From Kiritimatiellota bacterium (GTDB lineage: Bacteria > Verrucomicrobiota > Kiritimatiellia > RFP12 > UBA1067), in NCBI GenBank assembly GCA_009778475.1, contig WRJS01000004.1, positions 1 through 61,606 on the forward strand: DNA of 61,606 nt, read 5' to 3'. Under the pieces are notes generated by a model. It saw only the letters and a list, made by a program, of their open reading frames with translations. It had not been told where the DNA came from and searched no databases. The position numbers were made by a program, and so were the translations under genes. Below, piece after piece: positions 7,260 through 15,648 of this stretch; positions within the stretch are counted from its first letter, which is position 1, and each line of letters starts with the position of its first letter.

Positions 7260-9545
7260 GTGATGAAGATGGAATATCCAATATCCAGCACGGAACATCC
7301 AATGTCCAAGTTGAATGCGCTCCGGGTGCGGCCCCGCGCCCGCGCCTCTCACCTTTTACCTTTCACCTCTCACCTTTTACCTTTTACATTTTACCTATTA
7401 CCTATCACCTATCACCTATTACTTCTCACCTGCTCCCTGCCGCCTCTGGCGGCCCTGGCGCAGGGCCTGCCGCAGTGGTACATCGACAAGGGCTGGCCCA
7501 CAGAGGACACCGTGGGCGACGGCATCCCGGACGAGTGGAAGCGGCGCACCTTCGCGCCGAGGGACGCGGACGGCAACTTCCTGCCGAGCGCGCACCTCGA
7601 CCGGGACAACGACGGCCTGACGGACCTGGAGGAGTTCTGGTACGGCAGCGACCCGCGCACCGCCTCGACCATGGGCGACTTCTGGCTCGACTCCGAGAAG
7701 CGCGCGCACGGCCTCGGCGCGTGGGGCAAGGTCACCTCGACCGTCTCCTTCGCGCAGTGGCAGGCGTGGTCCGGCCTTGACGAGGCCGCCTGGCGCCGCG
7801 CCACGCGCCCCTCCGCCGACGGCCTCACCGGCGCGTTCGCCGGCTTCGCCCTCAGCACCCAGCCCTACGCCGCCGAAGCGGGCACCGTGGACTTCTGGCT
7901 CGAGTACCGCGCCGACCGCCACACGCTCCTCACCCTCTCCGACGCGCTCGCGACGAACACGTTCCCGCTCGCCAAGGGCGAGGGCCGCGCGCGCCTGCGC
8001 GTCGCCTACGGCGGCCCCGCCGCGCTCACCATGGACCCCGCCCCCGGCACGCTCGCCGACACCCCCGGCGCCACCAACGGCCTGTGGCTCTGCGAGATGA
8101 AGGTCAAACCCTTCCGCCCCAACACCGTCGTATTCAACGACGGCGACACCCCGCCGCCCCCGCAAGGGGGTTTCGACAGCGTGGACGCCATCATCATCAC
8201 CGCCGCCCCCACCAACGCCGTCCACAGCCTCGAGCCCCCCGAGCCTACGCGCGACGGCCCGCCCACGCGCTGGCCCACCGTCACGCTCCTCCCCGGTTAC
8301 GTATCCCAAGGCGTGACCATGCTCAGCGACGGCTGGTACTGCGTCTCCGGCGACGCCTGCGGCGACTGCGCGTGGCCCACCAACGGCATGATCGAGGCCG
8401 CGGCCGGGATGCCCGCCAGCACCCTCGGCGCGACGCTTCCGGTCATCAGCAAGCAGGCCGCGTGGAATCTCCTCACGACGCCCGAGCTCAAATACGAGGT
8501 CACCGTCACCCAGAAGGTCTTCAGCGCGGGCTACCCGTCCCTCTTCGGCAGCTTCGCCTTCCGCGTCCGCCCCTGCGGCGCCCTCCACCACGGCCCCGAG
8601 GTGCGCGGCGCCGAGCACATCCTCAACCCCACCCACGAGCCCGGCCACTTCCCGACCACCACCTGCGGCGCCGCCGGGTGCCTCTGCTCCGGCGCGTCGC
8701 TCACCCACGTCGGCTTCGACCACGCCAAGGTCAACACGCGCAACCTCAACCACCCCGACGAGTCAGCGGAGGACAAGAAACATCTGCACTGCCTCGGCAT
8801 CATCTACAGCGGCAATACGACCAACCTGCTGGACTTCACCGAGAGTTTCGGGCTGGACATCACCAACCGCGTCAAGTGGGAGGTCAACGGGAAAACGCAG
8901 ACCGGACACACGCTGAAAATAGGCTCAGAACCCAAAGACCTCGACCCAAAAATTTTTCGCATTAAGCTACTGGAGAAAGAGTCGGGCGACGTGTGGGACA
9001 GGTTCATCCTCGTGGTCAACAACCGCAAGACGAAATCCGAATTCGATGGCTGGTATGACGGGAACAAAACGAACACGGCGTGGCTGGCGGAACTGCCTGC
9101 GGCGTATGTGGCGCTTTCGAACCGAGTCGGAAGCACGAGTTTCTATAACCCAGAGCCTTCGACTACAAATTTGTGGTGCGCTCCCGATGAGCCTGGACAA
9201 TATATGCACCATGCAGCAAAATGGCAAATGCGGTCAGAAAAAACACCCGGCAACCATGGACACCAGACATGCTATGATGACGCGGGGAAGATTATCCTTA
9301 ACGGGGTGAGCGCAGGAACGGCAGATTTTAGTTCTCCTAGATGGCATACCTTCAGACCACACGTCCGCGAAGATGTTGACCCCTTTGTCCGCGCCCTTCA
9401 ACTTGACGGAAACCCTTGTACTCGATCTTGGGACGCTCTGACTCATGCACTGATACATGACGGGGAAAACCTCGTCAAGTACCGTGAATGCCGTCCGGCA
9501 GTTCCCAACGATAAACCCATGTTAAATCCGGGGGAACTCCCGTAG
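7260..9545 (+). CDS. 761-aa secreted polymorphic protein: signal peptide, TSP3-like Ca-binding motifs, Cys/His-rich middle, variable His-rich AMOP-like tip (copy 1)
   Basis: ALA|Q cleavage site; DGIPDEW and DRDNDGLTDLEE; GC drops near 8880; tip homologous to the downstream cassettes. Confidence 0.8.
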   Translation: MMKMEYPISSTEHPMSKLNALRVRPRARASHLLPFTSHLLPFTFYLLPITYHLLLLTCSLPPLAALAQGLPQWYIDKGWPTEDTVGDGIPDEWKRRTFAPRDADGNFLPSAHLDRDNDGLTDLEEFWYGSDPRTASTMGDFWLDSEKRAHGLGAWGKVTSTVSFAQWQAWSGLDEAAWRRATRPSADGLTGAFAGFALSTQPYAAEAGTVDFWLEYRADRHTLLTLSDALATNTFPLAKGEGRARLRVAYGGPAALTMDPAPGTLADTPGATNGLWLCEMKVKPFRPNTVVFNDGDTPPPPQGGFDSVDAIIITAAPTNAVHSLEPPEPTRDGPPTRWPTVTLLPGYVSQGVTMLSDGWYCVSGDACGDCAWPTNGMIEAAAGMPASTLGATLPVISKQAAWNLLTTPELKYEVTVTQKVFSAGYPSLFGSFAFRVRPCGALHHGPEVRGAEHILNPTHEPGHFPTTTCGAAGCLCSGASLTHVGFDHAKVNTRNLNHPDESAEDKKHLHCLGIIYSGNTTNLLDFTESFGLDITNRVKWEVNGKTQTGHTLKIGSEPKDLDPKIFRIKLLEKESGDVWDRFILVVNNRKTKSEFDGWYDGNKTNTAWLAELPAAYVALSNRVGSTSFYNPEPSTTNLWCAPDEPGQYMHHAAKWQMRSEKTPGNHGHQTCYDDAGKIILNGVSAGTADFSSPRWHTFRPHVREDVDPFVRALQLDGNPCTRSWDALTHALIHDGENLVKYRECRPAVPNDKPMLNPGELP
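7346..7429 (+). repeat. 12 degenerate 7-bp tandem units (ctNtYac) encoding the signal-peptide hydrophobic region (copy at 15735-15818)
   Basis: ctctcac cttttac ctttcac ctctcac cttttac cttttac attttac ctattac ctatcac ctatcac ctattac ttctcac. Confidence 0.9.
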
Positions 9546-9569
9546 CCATTGATGAGAAAGGAAATCACT

Positions 9570-10340
9570 ATGAAACGATTGATTATTCTGTTTTTGCTTT
9601 CGGCGCAATCTGTTTGGGGGCAGAACCCCGTGCCGGATTTGTCTTGGACGTTCCAGTGGGGGACAAATACGGCCGGGATGCTCTTTGAGGACGCCGCTTT
9701 GGCCATGCCGGTCAAAGCGGTCATACGGGATGACATCAAAAGGGTTTACCAGCTTAACCCGCAGTCAAACGCAACATTCCGTTTGTACTTGCCAAGTGAG
9801 GAGGAACATGGGAAATACACAGGCGTTTTCCAGTTCGAGAGGTCAATGGCTTGCCCGAAGGACATCCACAGTTTGGATTACTGCATCTATGGGGGGACGA
9901 ACTATTACGCCATTACGGAATCCATCAGCACTATCTATTCTGAAAAAATAGCATTGACGAACCAGCATCATGCGGCAATCGGGAGCCTTTCCAACTTCCT
10001 GCACACTGTCAACCATGTGTCGGTTGGCAATACCACGCCAGTGGAATTTGCTCAAATGTGGTGGCGGTTCAAGAAAGGACGCGCGGGCGCGTTGGCTGAT
10101 GACACTGTTGAGAGTTTTACGGAGGGCATCCAATCCATGAGCGAAGACCGTTACTATTGCTTGTCGTTGCTTTCGGTTTGGGAAAGGCCGCCGTCATATT
10201 GGAGTGTGCCTTCCGCAAAACCGCTTGTGGTGGGTTGCACCATAAAAGCACTACCCAGAGCTGGCAACGGCAACTCCGACGGGATAGAAATGGATGCCGT
10301 GTATAAGGATGGGCAATGGCGGTTTGTCGCATGGGAATAG
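9570..10340 (+). CDS. Secreted partner (immunity-like) protein 1, copy 1
   Basis: AAGGA RBS; signal peptide MKRLIILFLLSAQSVWG|Q; C-terminal YKDGQWRF motif shared with paralogues. Confidence 0.8.
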   Translation: MKRLIILFLLSAQSVWGQNPVPDLSWTFQWGTNTAGMLFEDAALAMPVKAVIRDDIKRVYQLNPQSNATFRLYLPSEEEHGKYTGVFQFERSMACPKDIHSLDYCIYGGTNYYAITESISTIYSEKIALTNQHHAAIGSLSNFLHTVNHVSVGNTTPVEFAQMWWRFKKGRAGALADDTVESFTEGIQSMSEDRYYCLSLLSVWERPPSYWSVPSAKPLVVGCTIKALPRAGNGNSDGIEMDAVYKDGQWRFVAWE

Positions 10341-10349
10341 AATATCGTC

Positions 10350-11182
10350 CCAGCCATGCGGAGGAGCAATACCAGAAAACGGAGCATTGCCTCGGCATCG
10401 TGTGGGGCAACGGCGGCTCAACGAACCTCTTCAACCTGCTCTGCACCGACGGCTTCACCGACGACATCCGCACCAACCTCTACTTCACCTCGCAGGTCAA
10501 CGCCAAGGGCGCGAAGGCCGAGGTCGCAAAACACACCCTGCCCTTCGGCGCGAAACCCAAGGACATGGACCCCCGCATTTTCCACGTCGAACTCCGCCAC
10601 CGAGGGAACCCCGGCGAGGTTTTTGACAGGCTGTGGGTTGCCGTCAACGCACCCGAGACACTGGCGAGTTATAACGCATGGGTCGCCGCCAACGCCACCA
10701 ACATGGCCTGGACGCTTACCCTGCCACAGGTGTTTGAATCGATAGAAATCAAGAACGGAGAGGCAGTCCGTCCTGAGCCAAACCGCCCGCGCCAATAGGT
10801 AACCCCGAAAAGACTCAATTCATTCCTCCACCATGATGCCTCATTTGATATACGATCGTATCCCGTGGGTGATGACCACGGGCATCAGGCGACATACGAT
10901 GCCCACGGCAACGTGATCAAAAAGGGCGTTGCCGCAGGGACGGCCGACCGTGTTTCGACGGTGAATGAGGCGGGGTTCTCTGTGCCGAGTTTGGGGCATC
11001 AGACCCAAGACGTGCAACCGTTCATCCGCGCGTTGCAACTGGACGGGAACCCGTGTTTGAGGAAAACCAAGAGTGGGTTCATAGCAGACATAACCCGCCC
11101 CATGATTTATCAAGGAACGAATCTTACCAATTACATCGAGTGTCGCCCTGTGAGTCCTACAGGAATGCGCCCGAGACCATAA
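10350..11182 (+). pseudogene. Headless variant C-terminal cassette 2 with in-frame TAG at 10796-10798
   Basis: ORFs 10316-10798 and 10865-11182 are in the same frame; read-through gives LHH..IRS..HGHQATYD..AGTAD..H..DVQPFIRALQLDGNP..YIECRP. Confidence 0.85.
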
Positions 11183-11196
11183 GGAAGGAGAAAACC

Positions 11197-11943
11197 ATGA
11201 AACGTCTCATATCAGTGTGCTGTGTTAGTTTGCCCCTTTTGGGGTTAGCCCAGACGGCGCAGGTTCATATCGCAGGGAGTGACTATCCCGTTGTGTTCGC
11301 GGACATGAACCTTACAGGCAATGTCAAGCAACGTATCGTTGCTGAAATGACGACAGCCTTTTCACTCGGCTATCCCTTTGACGACCTGAAGGGGCAGGAA
11401 ATAGAAACGGGAGTCTTCCAGCTGAACGAAGACACGGCCATCTTCTGGGAAGAACAAAAGGCGGTTTCCCTTGCGGACAAAGGCAACGGAAAGAGCATAC
11501 AGGTCGGCAAGGCTTTGTCGGACAAATACCTGCAAGCCTTCGCATGGATGGACACCCATTCGAACACGGTTCAAAAAGCGCAGGCGTTTGTGGCGACACT
11601 GAACAGTCCTGACTTACTTTCAAAACCTTTTCCGGTATTGTTGGGCATGTTGCATTTTGACCCGTTATCGGACATGGAAGAGAATGATCCCCCCAGTGAT
11701 TTTAAGATACGGGGTATGTTCCAAAAGGATTTCCACCCTTATAAATATCTTGGAGTTACGGTATCGAGCTTCTATTTTAAACCGGTTCCAGAACTAGGGG
11801 GTAAGGAAATCCCCTTGCTTCTCCTTTTCGCCGTTGATAAATCAGGGCCGGTTCCACCAGCAACGGTATGTCCTCTCCCGATTGGCTTCTACAAAGGGAA
11901 GTGGGGGTTTGGCAACTTCCCTGCCCCGTTCAACATCCCCTGA
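11197..11943 (+). CDS. Secreted partner (immunity-like) protein 2
   Basis: AAGGAG RBS; MKRLISVCCVSLPLLGLA|Q; HSN.V.KA..FV and PIGFYKGKWGFG motifs. Confidence 0.8.
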   Translation: MKRLISVCCVSLPLLGLAQTAQVHIAGSDYPVVFADMNLTGNVKQRIVAEMTTAFSLGYPFDDLKGQEIETGVFQLNEDTAIFWEEQKAVSLADKGNGKSIQVGKALSDKYLQAFAWMDTHSNTVQKAQAFVATLNSPDLLSKPFPVLLGMLHFDPLSDMEENDPPSDFKIRGMFQKDFHPYKYLGVTVSSFYFKPVPELGGKEIPLLLLFAVDKSGPVPPATVCPLPIGFYKGKWGFGNFPAPFNIP

Positions 11944-11944
11944 T

Positions 11945-12037
11945 TATCTACGCCCTTGCCTGTGTCAAGGCAGTTGCCTTGACCAGTATTTGGAATGCCG
12001 CCCTGCCACACCGACAGGGACACGCCCAAGACAGTAA
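11945..12037 (+). pseudogene. Extreme C-terminal stub of a cassette tip (LRPCLCQG...YLECRPATPTGTRPRQ*)
   Basis: Homologous to tip ends; 11951-12032 closely matches 20427-20508. Confidence 0.75.
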
Positions 12038-12049
12038 AGGAGAAGGACA

Positions 12050-12811
12050 ATGAAGAAACTGCATTATGTTGTTGCCATGCTATGCTTACCCTTTTGGGGG
12101 CAAGCGCAAACAGTACAGGTTCGTATAGCAGAAACAAACTATCCTGCCATATTTACCGATGCTAGCCTGTCGGTAACGAACCAACAGCGTATCGCCGCTG
12201 ACCTCACGCTCGTCTTTTCTCTAGCCTCTTCATTTGATAGGCTGAAGGGGAGGTTGGGAGGCGAGGAAGGGGTTTTCGAGCCGAACATCGACGTGTCGAT
12301 GTTCTGTTTGAGCGAGTGGAACGATGGCATTCTCCTTATTGACCAAGGCAATCAAAAAAGTGTACGGGTACAGAAAACGGCATCGGACTTATACCTTCGT
12401 TCCTTCGCCCTGATAGAGGCTCATTCAAACGCCGTCCGGGCGGCGCATGAGTTTGTGACGATGCTGAACCACACCAACCTGCTCGCACAATCAATACAGG
12501 TACTTCGGAATTTATATCACGTTGCGCCGTTATCGGACATAGAAGAAGAAGATTTTACCGATGATGAAGTCTTGAGACGTGTCGCAGAAAGACAAAATTA
12601 CAAATACCCTGAGATTAGCGTGCGGAATTTCTTTTTACAACGAATTCCCGAGCTCGATGATGCGGAAGTGCTTGTAACATGCCTTTACATGATTGAGAAA
12701 GCAGATCCGTCACTGGAAAAAATCTATGGCATTCCGATTGATTTTTATAAAGGGAGATGGGGATTGGGACGGTCTCCCTTGGACATACAGAGGTCTGAAA
12801 TCGTGGAGTAG
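12050..12811 (+). CDS. Secreted partner (immunity-like) protein 3
   Basis: Signal peptide ..FWGQA|Q; AHSNAVRAAHEFV; PIDFYKGRWGLG. Confidence 0.85.
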   Translation: MKKLHYVVAMLCLPFWGQAQTVQVRIAETNYPAIFTDASLSVTNQQRIAADLTLVFSLASSFDRLKGRLGGEEGVFEPNIDVSMFCLSEWNDGILLIDQGNQKSVRVQKTASDLYLRSFALIEAHSNAVRAAHEFVTMLNHTNLLAQSIQVLRNLYHVAPLSDIEEEDFTDDEVLRRVAERQNYKYPEISVRNFFLQRIPELDDAEVLVTCLYMIEKADPSLEKIYGIPIDFYKGRWGLGRSPLDIQRSEIVE

Positions 12812-12816
12812 CGACC

Positions 12817-13596
12817 ATGAAGAAGCTACACCGTATCGTATTGTTGTCTTGTGCAGCTTTGCCGTTTTTGGGGCAAGCCCAGACCGCACAAGTCCATATC
12901 GCAGGAAGCGCCTACCCTGTGCTGTTCGCAGACACGAACCTTACGAGTAAAGTTAAGCAACGTATTGCTGACGACTTGACCATCGCCTTCTCTCCTGCCC
13001 CTTCGTTTGAGAGGGCAATGGGGGGGGATGAAGTGGAGGCGACAACTCCTTTGCCGGGCGGAGACACTGCCGTCACTAGTTTTATAGGGCGTGATTATTG
13101 GGAAGGGGCTTTCGGACCGAGCCGTAACCATTCCATGCTCTGTTTCGACGAGATTCGGGAGGGTATTTACCTTGTGGACTACAACGGCCAGAAAAGCGTG
13201 CGGATAGATAAGGTCGCGTCCAGTAATTACCTGCACACATTCGCGCTGATGAAGGCGCACTCAAACGCTGTCGCAAAAGCGCATGAGTTTGTGGAGGCTC
13301 TAAAGAACCCCAACCTGGCTTCAGAGCCTCTGCAAGTGCTGAAAGATATGCACCATGCGTTGCCGTTGAAAGAGACGGACGACGACACCTACCGCGGGTT
13401 CGCGAGAGAGACGCAGAAATGCAAAAACCTCGAGCTTTGCGCGCTGAACTTCTCTTTGCAGATGTGTCCCGAACTCAGCGACCAGAAGGTGCTTGTGGCG
13501 GTGCAATTTTCACTGTACCAGTCCGACCCGTCAAAGCTCCACGGTTTTCCGATTATCTTCCATAACGGCAGATGGGGGTTCGGGAAATACTGGTGA
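12817..13596 (+). CDS. Secreted partner (immunity-like) protein 4
   Basis: Signal peptide ..FLGQA|Q; AHSNAVAKAHEFV; PIIFHNGRWGFG. Confidence 0.85.
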   Translation: MKKLHRIVLLSCAALPFLGQAQTAQVHIAGSAYPVLFADTNLTSKVKQRIADDLTIAFSPAPSFERAMGGDEVEATTPLPGGDTAVTSFIGRDYWEGAFGPSRNHSMLCFDEIREGIYLVDYNGQKSVRIDKVASSNYLHTFALMKAHSNAVAKAHEFVEALKNPNLASEPLQVLKDMHHALPLKETDDDTYRGFARETQKCKNLELCALNFSLQMCPELSDQKVLVAVQFSLYQSDPSKLHGFPIIFHNGRWGFGKYW

Positions 13597-13601
13597 CGAC
13601 C

Positions 13602-14447
13602 ATGGGGGCTAAAACCGTGCTCGGCGGCGACGGCTGGTTCTGCATCTCCGACGCCTACTGCGTTTCGGGCTGCTGCGCGTGGCCCACCTACGGCATGATC
13701 GGATGCGACGCGCTCACCCTCTCCATGCACAACCTGCAACCGGCCGACCCCATCATGCCCAAGCAGGACGCGTGGCAGATATTCTGCGACCGCCAGCCCT
13801 GCGCCGAGTGCGTCATCACGCAGACGCTCAGCCACGCGGCCTTCCCCCCCATCTACAGCAAGGTCATCTTCCGCGTCCGCCAGTGCGGCGCGCTAAGCGA
13901 CGGCGTCCGCGGCGCGGAGAGCGACCCCGCCCACACCCCCGCCTACTACCCCCACGCCGCCTGCCACGGCATCCAGTGCGAATGCCTCGGCGCCCCCGTC
14001 TGGCTCGTCGGCTTCGACCACGCAAAGGTCAACACGCGCAACCTCTCCGTCATCGCCAGCCACGCGGAGGAACAATACCAAAACACGAGCCACTGCCTCG
14101 GCATCGTGTGGGGCGACGGCGGCTCGACGAACCTCTTCAACCTGCTCTGCACCGACGGCTTCACTGACGACATCCGCACCAACCTCTACTTCACCTCGCA
14201 GGTCAACGCCAAGGGAGCGAAGGCCGAAGTTCAAAACCACATCCTGCCCTTCGGCGCGAAACCAAAAGACATGGAGCCACGGATTTTCCACGTCGAGCTG
14301 CGCCACCGCGAGAAAGGCGCCAACGTCCTCGACAGGCTCTGGGTCACGGTCAACTCCCTCGAAACGCTCACGAATTACAACAACTGGGTCGCCGCCAACG
14401 CCACCAACATGGCGTGGGCGCTCACCCTGGCGCCCCCCGACTCCTGA
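13602..14447 (+). pseudogene. Headless and tipless cassette: variant Cys-rich middle region of the polymorphic protein
   Basis: DGWFC..CAWPTYGMI..FRVRQCGAL..VGFDHAKVNTRNL align to the 761-aa protein; truncated at NMAWALTL. Confidence 0.8.
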
Positions 14448-14785
14448 CTCCGAAATGCCCCCTGAAAAATGTGCTTGCATTTCCTTCGGGGGCAGTGTAT
14501 CTTTTACACCCTCGCCTCTTTTAAGGCGGGGGCGTAGCGCGGGGCCGGGGGCCATGCTTGCCGTTGTGTTTCAGGTTGTGCATCGCTGTGTATTGTCGCA
14601 GAGTCGGAATAGCCAAGTTGGCGCTTTTTTGAGTGCCTACCATTTTTGATGCGGGAGTATATGGGATGCGCCGCGCTATGTGGCGTATTCTGTGTCATGT
14701 GTTAATAGAGTTTTGGCTAACTCCGATTCTGCATGTGTGAGTATGCCACTTATGGTGAGTGGCGCGTAAAAAAACGGGAGGGGTT

Positions 14786-15643
14786 ATGGCGGAAAGGTTT
14801 ATTGCAGTGGCGGAGTCGGTCGGGCGCGGGCTGGCGGTTGCGGGGTATGTGGTGGTGGCGGTCTCGCTGGCGGTGGCCTTCGCGGCGCGGCTGTGGGAGT
14901 CGGGGCTGGCGGGGGAGATGTGGCGGGAGTTCGTCGTGGCGGCGCGGAGGCGGGACGCGTGGGTGTGGGCGCTTATCACGGTGGGCCTGTCGCTGTGCGC
15001 GCAGAAGCGGGGCCCGGCGGAGTGGCTGGAGGAGTGGCGCGAAAGGGCGCAGGGCGGCGGGGCGCAAGCTGAGGGCGGGTTCCCCGGCGGGCCGCAGAGG
15101 GGCGGCGCCGAGGGCGGGGGGCGCGTGGTGTTCCAGTCGGGGGTGCCGCTGGCGGGGCCGCTGCCGGGCGTGGCGGTGCGGTGCGTGATGCTCTCCTGCA
15201 ACGGGGCGGCGGAGGACCTGGCGACGCTGCTGGACGCGCCGGAGGCCGCGCGGCTGAGGATGGCGGCGGAGGGCGGGCTGGAGCCTTGGATGGACCCGGC
15301 GGAGGCGTCGCTGACGGGGCAGTTCGCGCTGCCGTCCTGGGGGCCTGAGATGTGGCGGGTGGTGACGGTTGACCTCGGGGGCGCCGTGCCGCTGGGCGAC
15401 CTGCTCTTCGGGGACGCGGCGGGGCTCGGGGAGTGGGCGCGGCAGTGGCGGGGGGAGATCGCGGAGGCGGTGTTCTTCGACGACATCCCGGGCGACGGCG
15501 CGCGCGCGGGCGTGGCCAACTGGCTGGCGGCGCGGCGGGGCGCGGGGCGGCTCTACCCCGCGACGGCGGCCGAGCGCGGCGCGGCGATCGCGGCGGGCCT
15601 GAACTCCGGTGTTGACTGGGCGACGGTGATTATCGTAAGATAG
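14786..15643 (+). CDS. Membrane-anchored LamG-like protein, copy 2
   Basis: Translation identical to 6397-7254. Confidence 0.6.
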   Translation: MAERFIAVAESVGRGLAVAGYVVVAVSLAVAFAARLWESGLAGEMWREFVVAARRRDAWVWALITVGLSLCAQKRGPAEWLEEWRERAQGGGAQAEGGFPGGPQRGGAEGGGRVVFQSGVPLAGPLPGVAVRCVMLSCNGAAEDLATLLDAPEAARLRMAAEGGLEPWMDPAEASLTGQFALPSWGPEMWRVVTVDLGGAVPLGDLLFGDAAGLGEWARQWRGEIAEAVFFDDIPGDGARAGVANWLAARRGAGRLYPATAAERGAAIAAGLNSGVDWATVIIVR

Positions 15644-15648
15644 GGGGC

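Larger units (their letters stand above)
6000..10604 (+). repeat. ~4.6-kb direct repeat, copy 1 (copy 2 at +8389)
   Basis: Identical ORF translations in both copies; differences seen only near the edges (6041-6046, 10531, 10591). Confidence 0.95.

Noticed and set aside
10796-10798. Programmed amber read-through (pyrrolysine or recoding)
   Set aside because: The position is Trp in homologues, TAG is an ordinary stop elsewhere in the window, and no pyl genes are seen
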